This document shows, piece after piece, positions 1 through 8,731 of a DNA stretch of 64,000 nucleotides. The notes below the pieces were generated by a model that worked only from the letters and a program-made list of their open reading frames with translations, ran no database searches and was not told the origin of the DNA. Every line of letters starts with the position of its first letter. Within the stretch, counting starts at the first letter, position 1. Source of the stretch: an uncultured Rhodoluna sp. (lineage in GTDB: Bacteria; Actinomycetota; Actinomycetes; Actinomycetales; Microbacteriaceae); the NCBI GenBank assembly GCA_964539165.1, contig CAZIFS010000001.1:65899-129898 (forward strand), given 5' to 3'. Both the position numbers and the translations under genes were made by a program.

Positions 1-393
1 CAATACGAAGGCCCGGTTGGGATTCTAAGTGTTTTGGGTATTGCACTTGAAAAGGCAAAGATTCCGAGCATCGCACTTTGGGCGTCTGTTCCCCACTACG
101 TTCACAACACTCCATCGCCCAAAGCCGCTTTGGCCCTCTTAGTTGAACTCGAGAAGTACCTCGGTGTTCAGTTTGAGCATGGTTCGCTGGCTGATGATGC
201 TTTTGCTTGGGAACGTGGGATCGATGAGGTTGCTGAGGCCGACGAAGATATGGCAGGCTACATCGCTCAACTCGAAAAAAACCGCGACGAAGCTGAATCG
301 CCGGCAGCAAGCGGTGACGCGCTAGCTATTGAATTTGAGAAGTTTTTGAGAGCCAGTGAAGAACCTGGCGAAGACGAAAAGAAAACCGAGTAG
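1..393 (+). CDS. PAC2 (proteasome assembly chaperone) family protein, 5'-truncated by the window edge
   Basis: Frame is open from base 1 (QYEGPVGILSV...). Motif LWASVPHYV...PSPKAALALL and an acidic C-terminus with DALAIEFEKFL are typical of actinobacterial PAC2-family proteins. Confidence 0.8.
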   Translation, partial: QYEGPVGILSVLGIALEKAKIPSIALWASVPHYVHNTPSPKAALALLVELEKYLGVQFEHGSLADDAFAWERGIDEVAEADEDMAGYIAQLEKNRDEAESPAASGDALAIEFEKFLRASEEPGEDEKKTE

Positions 394-395
394 TT

Positions 396-1238
396 TTAGG
401 CTGCCCAAACTCCGGTTGCCAATAGGGTAAGCACAACCGCACCCAAACCGACTCGCCAAACCACAAATGGCAAGAACGAACCGCGATTCAGGTAGCGAAG
501 TAAGCCAATAATGACTGAAAATCCAACGGCAAAAGATACAAAGGTAGCAATTGCAGTTGCAGCAAGATCCGCCGCAGGCAAATCTTTATAAGTCTTAGCA
601 AACTCGTATAGCCCGCTCGCTACAACCGCTGGAATGGCAAGTAGGAAGCTATAGCGAGCAGCTGCTTGTCGCGAGTATCCGAGTAGAAGACCCATGGAAA
701 TGGTTCCACCTGATCTCGAAACACCTGGGATAACCGCCAAGGCTTGCCCTAACCCAAATAGGATTCCGTGTTTAGTAGTGAGGGAATCAATCGAACGATT
801 GCGTTTTCCGTATTTGTCGGCTACACCTAGCACTAAACCGAATGCGATCAGCATGAAGCCAATCACCCAAAGGCTACGAAGTTGGTTCTCTATAAGGTCT
901 TTGAAAACCAGGCCGATGACAACTACCGGAAGGCTTCCAATAACAATAAGCCAACCAAGTTTTGCGTCTCTGCGGGTCTCTTGGTCAACTTTTGATTTGA
1001 GAACTATGGCGCGAAATACCGCTGCGGTTATTCGTGTGATATCTCGCCAAAAATAAATTAGTACGGCTAACTCGGTACCGAGTTGGATGGTGGCAATAAA
1101 CGCTGTGAGTTCTGGCTTGCTCATCGACTGCAGGCCAAGCATTTGTTGTGCGATTTGCACGTGAGCGCTTGAAGAAATTGGCAGAAACTCAGTTAACCCT
1201 TGAACGAAACCGAGAACTATGGCTTCGAATGGAGTCAC
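396..1238 (-). CDS. uppP: Undecaprenyl-diphosphate phosphatase (BacA)
   Basis: Signature motifs QGLTEFLPISSSAH and PGVSRSGGT; multiple TM segments. Confidence 0.97.
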   Translation of the reverse strand: MTPFEAIVLGFVQGLTEFLPISSSAHVQIAQQMLGLQSMSKPELTAFIATIQLGTELAVLIYFWRDITRITAAVFRAIVLKSKVDQETRRDAKLGWLIVIGSLPVVVIGLVFKDLIENQLRSLWVIGFMLIAFGLVLGVADKYGKRNRSIDSLTTKHGILFGLGQALAVIPGVSRSGGTISMGLLLGYSRQAAARYSFLLAIPAVVASGLYEFAKTYKDLPAADLAATAIATFVSFAVGFSVIIGLLRYLNRGSFLPFVVWRVGLGAVVLTLLATGVWAA

Positions 1239-1450
1239 TCTGCTTCGTCTTCTTCGCTCAGAGTGATTGGAAGGTACTCCTCGTATTTCTCTTCGAGAGC
1301 TTCTTCGTAATTCAAAAAGGCGTCTTCGAGTTGGTAGAAGGCTTGTTCTACTGCTGGATCATCTTCACCACGTCGAGCAGAAACGGCCTCGAAATGACGC
1401 TCTAGCGAAGCGATGAACTGTTGAAGTGCGATGCGGGGTTCCTGAGCCAT
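1235..1450 (-). CDS. Small acidic hypothetical protein (71 aa)
   Basis: ATG 6 nt after a TAGTTT -10-like hexamer; stop overlaps the uppP start (ATGA); helical, Glu/Asp-rich sequence. Confidence 0.75.
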   Translation of the reverse strand: MAQEPRIALQQFIASLERHFEAVSARRGEDDPAVEQAFYQLEDAFLNYEEALEEKYEEYLPITLSEEDEAE

Positions 1451-1571
1451 AAAGCAAAACTACCCCGAAAAATGCCCTCGCGATAGCAACCCCGGGTTTA
1501 AATCTGGCAAGAATTCGCCAGGCCTTATCTGGTATTGTTGCTTCTTGTTGTCGCGAAAGCGGCAATCACCT

Positions 1572-1654
1572 GTCCGGGTGGCGGAATGGCAGACGCGCTA
1601 GCTTGAGGTGCTAGTCCTCTTATGAGGGTGGGGGTTCAAGTCCCCTCTTGGACA
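1572..1654 (+). tRNA. tRNA-Leu (anticodon GAG), CCA not encoded
   Basis: Acceptor GTCCGGG/CTTGGAC, D-arm GGCGGAATGGCAGACGC, anticodon arm CTAGC-TTGAGGT-GCTAG, long variable arm, T-loop GGTTCAAGTCC. Confidence 0.95.
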
Positions 1655-1656
1655 CT

Positions 1657-1689
1657 AAAGCCCTGGTCCTCCACGACCAGGGCTTTTTT
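1657..1689 (+). terminator. Intrinsic terminator after tRNA-Leu(GAG)
   Basis: AAAGCCCTGGTC-ctccac-GACCAGGGCTTT followed by a T run. Confidence 0.85.
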
Positions 1690-1734
1690 ATACTCGAACC
1701 TGGCTCGTGACTGCCAGAAGTTAGACTTGATTCG

Positions 1735-2571
1735 ATGGTAGAGAGAGAACCACTTGGCGCCGCTGTTTCTTACAGCGTTGACTTTGCGCGCGATCGCATC
1801 CAAGGTAAATCGCTGGTTGTTCTCACTGGTGCTGGGCTAAGCACAGACTCAGGAATTCCCGATTATCGGGGCGAAGGTAGAGTCGCCCGTCACCCAATGA
1901 CATTCGATGTCTTCGTCGGCTCTCACGAGGCGCAGGTACGCTATTGGGCTAGAAGTTTTGTCGGTTGGAACCGAATCGCCGAGGCTCAACCGAACGCCGG
2001 ACATTTTGCTCTTGCCCACGCCGAGAATTTGGGTCGCGTTACGCAGATCATTACTCAAAACGTTGATGGTTTGCACCAAAAAGCTGGTTCGAAAAGCGTG
2101 ATTGACCTTCACGGCCGCCTCGACTTGGTCTCGTGCCTGAGCTGCGGCTTCAACATGACCCGAACAGATCTGGATGAGCACCTACAGGCGTTGAATCCGA
2201 CCATAAATCGTTCCGCAGATTTTGAATTCACACCGGATGGAGACGCTGAGGTTGAGGCGGCTGAGGGCTTTCAAATTCCAAAGTGTCCGAGGTGCGAGGG
2301 TGTGCTGAAGCCAGACGTGGTGTTTTTCGGTGAATCAGTTCCTCAACAGCGAGCTGAGGCAGCAATGGCAAAACTAGATGCCGCAGATTCCCTACTTGTT
2401 GCAGGCACTTCTTTACAGGTGAACTCAGGACTCAAATTTGTTAGGCGAGCGGCCAGGGCTGGCAAGCCGATTGTCATTGTCAATCTTGGTGAAACCAAGG
2501 GTGATTCGCAGGCCTCGATCAAGATTGATGCAAATACCTCTCAAGTGCTCGAAAGGCTGCTACTTGACTAA
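1735..2571 (+). CDS. cobB: Sir2-family NAD-dependent protein deacylase (class II, SIRT4-like)
   Basis: GAGLSTDSGIPDYRG, RYWARS, TQNVDGLH, HG, two CxxC pairs, KPDVVFFGE, GTSL. Confidence 0.9.
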   Translation: MVEREPLGAAVSYSVDFARDRIQGKSLVVLTGAGLSTDSGIPDYRGEGRVARHPMTFDVFVGSHEAQVRYWARSFVGWNRIAEAQPNAGHFALAHAENLGRVTQIITQNVDGLHQKAGSKSVIDLHGRLDLVSCLSCGFNMTRTDLDEHLQALNPTINRSADFEFTPDGDAEVEAAEGFQIPKCPRCEGVLKPDVVFFGESVPQQRAEAAMAKLDAADSLLVAGTSLQVNSGLKFVRRAARAGKPIVIVNLGETKGDSQASIKIDANTSQVLERLLLD

Positions 2572-3145
2572 AACCGTAATCGGCCTGCTGAGACATGGCC
2601 AGACCGACTGGAACATCGATTATCGACTGCAAGGTGTTACCGACGTCGACCTCAACGAAACCGGGCGCCAGCAGGCACGTGTTGCTTCTCAAATTTTGAA
2701 CCCTACTGATTGGGATTTACTTCTCACCTCTCCCCTATCGCGTGCTCGAGAGACTGCGGCAATCTTGGTTGAAGACGCTGGCTGGGAGCAACCTGTTATC
2801 GAACCGCTACTGCTCGAGCGATCCTTCGGCGAAGCTGAGGGCTTGCGTCATGAGGAGTGGAAAGCCAAGTACCCGGATACAAATGCTGTGCCTGGCGCCG
2901 AAACGCTGGAACAACTTGAGGATCGGGCAAATCAATTACTTGATCAACTAGTTCGTGAGCACGCGGGTAAGCGAATCCTTACGGTTTCACACGGTGCTTT
3001 GATTCGTAAACTCGTCAACATGCTTAGTTCTGGTGAGCTGCCTCGCGAAGGTGAACGACTTGGAAATGCATCAATAAGTGTTTTGGTCCATGACGGAGAA
3101 AGCTGGCAGCTAGAGAGCTATGAGCCGCGCACTCTCGGCAATTGA
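2564..3145 (+). CDS. Histidine phosphatase (phosphoglycerate mutase/CobC-like) family protein
   Basis: RHGQTDWN, SPLSRARETA and VSHG motifs. The likely start is TTG at 2564, overlapping the sirtuin stop, not the ORF-track start at 2438. Confidence 0.85.
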   Translation: MTKTVIGLLRHGQTDWNIDYRLQGVTDVDLNETGRQQARVASQILNPTDWDLLLTSPLSRARETAAILVEDAGWEQPVIEPLLLERSFGEAEGLRHEEWKAKYPDTNAVPGAETLEQLEDRANQLLDQLVREHAGKRILTVSHGALIRKLVNMLSSGELPREGERLGNASISVLVHDGESWQLESYEPRTLGN

Positions 3146-3146
3146 A

Positions 3147-4214
3147 TTATTTCTCGTTAAATATTTTTAGAAGCGACTCGGCCGAGTTGTTCCAGCTGAA
3201 TTTTTTGACCTGCTCTAGCGAAGCCTTTGACTTGGTCGCCCAAGCAAAATCATCCTCGAGTTGTTTCACTTTCTTTGCAAAATCTGCACCAGAGTTCTGA
3301 TCAAAGTAAGTCGCTGCGTCGCCGCCAATTTCTTTGAAAATATCGATGTTTGAAACCACGACGGGAATACCACGCGCCATCGATTCAACTAGCGGAATTC
3401 CGAATCCTTCATCCTGGGATGCATGCACCAAGGCAACTGAGCTTTCAATCAATGTTGCGTACTCTGCGTCTGATACCCCGTTCAAAAAATGAACCGAGCC
3501 GCCATTTTTTGATATTCCACTCTCGAGTTCAGCCTTGCGCTGCGGAGCGACCCGACTCAACAGCAAAAGCTCATAACCTGGAAGATGTGCCATGCCGCTG
3601 ATAAGCGTTTCAACGTTTTTATAGTCCATGAAGCTACCCATGTACACCAGAGTTTGTTGCCCCCTAGGTCTCTGCTTCGGAAGTGCTTCGCCCTCAATTT
3701 GATCGGCGGCGTTGTACACGACCGATATTGGCCGCTTCGTCAGTCGATGTTCGAGCATTAGCTTTTTGGTAGTTTCACTGACTGTAGCCACGGCATCGGC
3801 GCGATTAAGAAGCAGGCGCTGCGGCCAGTAAACCAGGTGGTAAAGGCGCCAAACCGCGCGAATCAGTGGACTGAAGCTCGGTGGCGGCGCTGGGTGACGA
3901 TAATAAATCAGGTCATGCAAGGTGAGTACCAAGCGATATTTTCGTCCTAAGCTGCCCATGGTCTGCATTGGAGAAAACACTTGCTGCGCGCCAAGGCGAT
4001 TTAACTTGAAGGCAATGAATAGCTCACTGGCCTTAGTCGGGTCATTTAGCAACACAGATTTGCATGGCGGAAGCTTCTCAAGTTGTCGCGGGTCACTCAC
4101 GATTGCAATTAGTTCAGTCTTTTTTTGAAGAGCTGAAAAGAGACCGGCAGAAAACCTACTGATTCCGTCATGGTGGTCGATCCGAATGAATCGCGCGTCA
4201 AAATAAATTGTCAT
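3147..4214 (-). CDS. Glycosyltransferase, GT4/group 1 family
   Basis: TLHDLIY, ATVSETT and EGFGIPLVESMARG motifs. Likely start is ATG 4214 (MTIYFDARF). Confidence 0.88.
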   Translation of the reverse strand: MTIYFDARFIRIDHHDGISRFSAGLFSALQKKTELIAIVSDPRQLEKLPPCKSVLLNDPTKASELFIAFKLNRLGAQQVFSPMQTMGSLGRKYRLVLTLHDLIYYRHPAPPPSFSPLIRAVWRLYHLVYWPQRLLLNRADAVATVSETTKKLMLEHRLTKRPISVVYNAADQIEGEALPKQRPRGQQTLVYMGSFMDYKNVETLISGMAHLPGYELLLLSRVAPQRKAELESGISKNGGSVHFLNGVSDAEYATLIESSVALVHASQDEGFGIPLVESMARGIPVVVSNIDIFKEIGGDAATYFDQNSGADFAKKVKQLEDDFAWATKSKASLEQVKKFSWNNSAESLLKIFNEK

Positions 4215-4218
4215 GTGA

Positions 4219-5115
4219 CTAGCCCTGTTTCGAGATGAAATTCTGGATCGCGAGAGCCACCTCGCCTGGAACTTCATAGTGAGTCAGATGTCCAACTTTT
4301 GCGAAATCTACGTGGGTCACAGGAGTGGCGATTGTTGAAATCATTTCAAGTTGCTGGCTCGGGCTGGTGATGTCATCTTTGCCTCCAGAAATCACTAGAA
4401 CTGGAGTTTTGAACTTAGCTGAGTAATTAGACACACAGTCTGAGACTGAAGCGTTGTAACCTTCTACAGCAACGCGCCGGTCGGCAAAATCATTGAAATT
4501 GGCATCATGTTGGGCGTGCACCCATGATCGAAGTTCTGCATTTCTTGATTTAGTCATCACAATGCTCATGCCGCGCACCATGGGCCAGCTCTTTAGCACG
4601 CCCTCCCCTAGCTTCAGCGGCATTGCTTGTGCCAACCAAAAGAAGCTCTTAGCAACACCGGTGAGAGCGGCTTTTGGCCCTTTTAGTGCCGGTGATGAAA
4701 CAGGGTTTTCTAAAATTAGCGACTCAAAATCATCGCTTTCAGCGGCATGCTTGGCCACGACGATGCTTCCAAAACTGTGGCCCAGTAGGTGTGGCTTCGC
4801 GTCAAGCTGAAGCCCGTTGATGAATTCGCCCACCCACTTCGAATACAACTCGATGGTGTGTTCGCCAGAAAACGGAGTGCTTTCACCAAAACCAGGAAGA
4901 TCTGGAATGTAGATATTTAGGTTTTCCAGTGCCCCAGCAATTGCCTCTAGTCCGCGGTGATTTCCACGGTATCCATGAATGAAAACTACTGCTGGTGCAT
5001 CGGCACCATCAGCTGGGTAGTGCCAATAGCGAGTGACCGTGCCAGCTGCGTGCATTTCATGGCGAATTCCACGGATGCGTGCCGCCTGAGTAAGTTTCTC
5101 GGATACCAGCGTCAA
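4219..5115 (-). CDS. Alpha/beta-fold hydrolase
   Basis: FIHG, DLPGFGES, nucleophile GHSFG, GGKDDI, GHL. Confidence 0.9.
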   Translation of the reverse strand: MTLVSEKLTQAARIRGIRHEMHAAGTVTRYWHYPADGADAPAVVFIHGYRGNHRGLEAIAGALENLNIYIPDLPGFGESTPFSGEHTIELYSKWVGEFINGLQLDAKPHLLGHSFGSIVVAKHAAESDDFESLILENPVSSPALKGPKAALTGVAKSFFWLAQAMPLKLGEGVLKSWPMVRGMSIVMTKSRNAELRSWVHAQHDANFNDFADRRVAVEGYNASVSDCVSNYSAKFKTPVLVISGGKDDITSPSQQLEMISTIATPVTHVDFAKVGHLTHYEVPGEVALAIQNFISKQG

Positions 5116-5138
5116 TTAATCACTCACTTTTCGACGGT

Positions 5139-8100
5139 TTAGACCGAGAAGTACTTTGCCTCTGGATGGTGCAGAACCATCGCATCGGTTGACTGCTCTG
5201 GGTGAAGCTGAAGCTCTTCAGACAGCGTGACTCCGATTACCTCAGGCTTCAGCAAGTCGACCAGTTTTGCTCGGTCTTCAAGATCTGGGCAAGCTGGGTA
5301 GCCGAATGAGTATCGAGCGCCGCGGTAGTCCAGTTTGAAGTGGCCTTCCATGTCGCTCGGGTCTTCAGACGAGAATCCTAGTTCTTCGCGCACCCGGGCA
5401 TGCCAGAACTCTGCGAGTGCCTCGGTTAGCTGTACTGAGAGTCCGTGAATCTCCAGATAATTTCTGTAGTCATTGGCCTGGTAGAGCTCATTGGCGAATT
5501 CAGAAATGCGGTTTCCCATGGTTACCAACTGGAATGGAACGACGTCTATCTCACCGCTCTCTTTCGACTTCACGAAATCGCTTAGGCAAAGGTGGCGGTC
5601 TCGCCCCTGACGTGGGAACTTAAAGCGCATGCGCTCGGTTCCAGGAACGCCACCGGAACCACCGTCTGTGGCTCCTTCAGGCCCGTGGTGAAGGATTACC
5701 AGGTCATCTCCATCAGAGACCGCAGGGAAATATCCGTAGACCACTGCGGCTTCGAGTAGGCCCTCAGTTTGAATTCTCTCTAACCAAGAGCGCAGACGTG
5801 GGCGACCCTCGGTTTCGACCAACTCTTCGTAACTGGCACCATCTTCGGCACGGGATGGCTTTAGGCCCCACTGCCCCATGAAAGTTGCACGTTCATCCAA
5901 GAATGATGAGTAATCGCGAAGCGGAACACCCTTGACCACTCGAACACCCCAGAACGGCGGGGAAGGTATTTTGTTGTCAGAAGCGACGTCGGAACGTTCA
6001 GGCATCATGTCTGGAACAGTGCGCACCAAAAGGTTCTTAGGCTCGACCACTCGCTTTTTAAGAGCAGGAAGAACTACATCGGTGTCTCCGCGCTTGATTT
6101 TGATAAGGGCGTCCATGAGACGCAGACCCTCAAACGCATCGCGCGCATAGCGAACTTCACCCTCATAAATTTCGGCAAGATCTTGCTCGACGAAGCTGCG
6201 GGTTAGCGCGGCACCACCGAGAATTACTGGCCAACGGGTGGCTAGTCCGCGCAGGTTCATCTCTTCGAGGTTTTCGCGCATGATTTGCGTTGACTTCACC
6301 AAAAGGCCGCTCATGCCAATCACGTCAACGTCATTTTCTTCAGCTGCACGGATGATTTCGTTAATCGGTTGCTTGATGCCGATATTTACGGTCTCAAAAC
6401 CGTTGTTGCTCAAGATGATGTCAACCAAGTTCTTGCCAATGTCATGAACGTCACCGCGAACAGTGGCGAGCAGAATACGACCCTTGCCAGTGTCATCAGT
6501 TTTTTCAATGAATGGCTCTAGGTGCGCAACAGCAGTTTTCATGACTTCAGCTGACTGAAGCACGAACGGCAACTGCATCTCACCCTTGCCGAATAGTTCG
6601 CCAACAACCTGCATGCCCTTGAGGAGGTGGTCGTTGATGATCTGCAACGCAGTCATTCCTGACTTGAGGGCCTCGTCGAGATCTGGCTCGAGACCCTTCT
6701 TTTCGCCGTCAATGATTCGGCGCTCAAGGCGCTGGTCAAGCGGCATTGCAGCAAGTTCTTCAGCACGAGAAAGCCTTTGAGCGGCAGAATCAACGCCGCT
6801 GAATACATCTAAGAAGTGAGTCAACGGGTCGTAGGTGGTGTTGCCCTCGGCGTCGTAGGTTCGCTTGTCATAAATTAGGTCTAGAGCTGCCTGCAGCTGC
6901 TCGGCCGGAATCTGACTGAGTGGCATGATTCGGGCTGCGTGCACAATTGCTGAGGTCAAGCCAACTTTTACACACTCGTGCAAGAACACCGAGTTCAGCA
7001 CATGTCGGGCCGCTGGGCTAAGGCCGAACGAAATGTTTGAAATTCCGAGGGTGCTTTGAACCCCTGGGAATGATTCATTTAGGCGGCGAATCGCTTCAAT
7101 GGTTTCGATGCCATCGCGACGGGTTTCGTCTTGACCGGTGGCAATCGGAAAAGTGAGCGTGTCAACGGTGATGTCGACCAGACGCATTCCCCAGTTCTGG
7201 GTCAAATCTTCGATCAAGCGCTTAGCAATAGCAAACTTGGTGTCGGCAGTTCTTGCCTGGCCTTCTTCGTCAATGGTTAGCGCGACTACTGCTGCACCGT
7301 GCTCGCGCACCATCGGCATAATTCTTGCGAATCGGGAGTTCGGGCCATCGCCATCTTCATAGTTCACCGAGTTGATCATTGCTCGGCCACCCATGCACTC
7401 AAGACCCGCCTGAAGCACGGCAGGTTCGGTTGAGTCGAGCACAAGCGGCAGAGTTGTTGCGGTAGCAAGACGGCTTACCAACTCGCGAGCATCGCGTGCT
7501 CCGTCGCGACCAACATAGTCAACACAAACGTCAAGTAGGTGTGCGCCCTCACGAGTCTGTGAACGAGCTATTTCAATGCATTCATCCCAGTTTTCAGCCA
7601 ACATCGCATCGCGGAAAGCCTTCGAGCCGTTTGCGTTGGTTCGTTCGCCAATTGACAGGTAGGTCATGGTTTGGTCAAAAGGTTGGTGTTGGTAAAGACT
7701 CGCAAGACCGGGTTCATCGACAAGTGATGGCCTGCTTGGAGCCTGACCGGCCACTGCTGCTGCAACTTCGGCAATGTGCGCAGGTGTGGTTCCGCAGCAA
7801 CCGCCGACTAGACCGGCGCCGTAATCGTGAACAAACTGCAACTGCGCGGTTGCAAGCTCGCTCGGAGTCAAAGGATAGTGAGCACCGTGAGGGCCCAAAA
7901 TTGGCAGGCCTGCGTTTGGCATAACCACTACTGGCAGATCTGAGAACTTCGATAGGTAACGAAGGTGTTCGCTCATTTCAGTTGGCCCGGTGGCGCAGTT
8001 GAGACCAATGGCGTCAATGCCGAGCGCACTTAAAGCGGTCAGGGCTGCACCAATTTCAGAACCAAGCAACATGGTTCCTGTTGTCTCAATGGTTACTGAA

Positions 8101-8675
8101 ACCAAAATCGGCACACGGATGTCAAGTTCTGCCATGGCGCGTTTAGCGCCAATAACCGCACTTTTAGCCTGAAGAAGGTCTTGAGCGGTTTCGATCAGGA
8201 TTGCATCTGCGCCGCCGCGAATTAGGCCGCTTGCATTCTTTTGGTAGGCATCACGCAAGACAGAGAATTTTTCATGGCCGAGGCTCGGAAGCTTGGTTCC
8301 AGGGCCCACCGAGCCCAATACCCATCTTGGCTTTGACTCGGTAGAGAAATCGTCGGCTACTTTGCGAGCAACTACTGCGCCGGCAAAAGCTAATTCTTCA
8401 ATGCGCTCTTCAATGTTGTATTCGGCTAGGTTTGCAAAGTTCGCACCAAAGGTGTTGGTTTCAATTGCCTCAGCGCCAGCTTTCAAGTACTGAGCATGAA
8501 TCTTCTCGATGATGTCAGGTCGTGTGACATTCAGAATCTCGTTGCAACCCTCATAACCCTGAAAGTCATCCATGGTTGGGTTTGATTCTTGAATCATCGT
8601 TCCCATGGCGCCGTCGGCGACGACCACTCTTGAACGAATAGCTTGAATTAGGGCTTCTGAACGGGGCGCAAACAT
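5139..8675 (-). CDS. metH: Cobalamin-dependent methionine synthase
   Basis: DGAMGT, GLNC and GGCC (Zn/homocysteine domain), IGERTNANGS (pterin domain), DVHDIGKNLV (B12 binding), RYSFGYPACPD (reactivation domain). Confidence 0.98.
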   Translation of the reverse strand: MFAPRSEALIQAIRSRVVVADGAMGTMIQESNPTMDDFQGYEGCNEILNVTRPDIIEKIHAQYLKAGAEAIETNTFGANFANLAEYNIEERIEELAFAGAVVARKVADDFSTESKPRWVLGSVGPGTKLPSLGHEKFSVLRDAYQKNASGLIRGGADAILIETAQDLLQAKSAVIGAKRAMAELDIRVPILVSVTIETTGTMLLGSEIGAALTALSALGIDAIGLNCATGPTEMSEHLRYLSKFSDLPVVVMPNAGLPILGPHGAHYPLTPSELATAQLQFVHDYGAGLVGGCCGTTPAHIAEVAAAVAGQAPSRPSLVDEPGLASLYQHQPFDQTMTYLSIGERTNANGSKAFRDAMLAENWDECIEIARSQTREGAHLLDVCVDYVGRDGARDARELVSRLATATTLPLVLDSTEPAVLQAGLECMGGRAMINSVNYEDGDGPNSRFARIMPMVREHGAAVVALTIDEEGQARTADTKFAIAKRLIEDLTQNWGMRLVDITVDTLTFPIATGQDETRRDGIETIEAIRRLNESFPGVQSTLGISNISFGLSPAARHVLNSVFLHECVKVGLTSAIVHAARIMPLSQIPAEQLQAALDLIYDKRTYDAEGNTTYDPLTHFLDVFSGVDSAAQRLSRAEELAAMPLDQRLERRIIDGEKKGLEPDLDEALKSGMTALQIINDHLLKGMQVVGELFGKGEMQLPFVLQSAEVMKTAVAHLEPFIEKTDDTGKGRILLATVRGDVHDIGKNLVDIILSNNGFETVNIGIKQPINEIIRAAEENDVDVIGMSGLLVKSTQIMRENLEEMNLRGLATRWPVILGGAALTRSFVEQDLAEIYEGEVRYARDAFEGLRLMDALIKIKRGDTDVVLPALKKRVVEPKNLLVRTVPDMMPERSDVASDNKIPSPPFWGVRVVKGVPLRDYSSFLDERATFMGQWGLKPSRAEDGASYEELVETEGRPRLRSWLERIQTEGLLEAAVVYGYFPAVSDGDDLVILHHGPEGATDGGSGGVPGTERMRFKFPRQGRDRHLCLSDFVKSKESGEIDVVPFQLVTMGNRISEFANELYQANDYRNYLEIHGLSVQLTEALAEFWHARVREELGFSSEDPSDMEGHFKLDYRGARYSFGYPACPDLEDRAKLVDLLKPEVIGVTLSEELQLHPEQSTDAMVLHHPEAKYFSV

Positions 8676-8731
8676 AGGCTTTCAGTCTACCTGAGGCGTA
8701 TTCGATGACGGTGGTCGAATATACTTATGGG

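Noticed and set aside
1-393. PAC2 protein as evidence for a Pup-proteasome system
   Set aside because: No prc, pup, arc or paf genes in the window and no C-terminal HbYX motif; this family alone is not diagnostic.
1694-1710. LexA (SOS) box upstream of the sirtuin
   Set aside because: Only one half-site (TCGAAC); the GTTCGA half is missing.
1572-1734. tRNA-Leu(GAG) as an island integration site
   Set aside because: No integrase, no duplicated tRNA 3' end and no obvious compositional shift downstream.
8676-8731. SAM or cobalamin riboswitch for metH/metF
   Set aside because: The spacer is too short and I could recognise no consensus elements.
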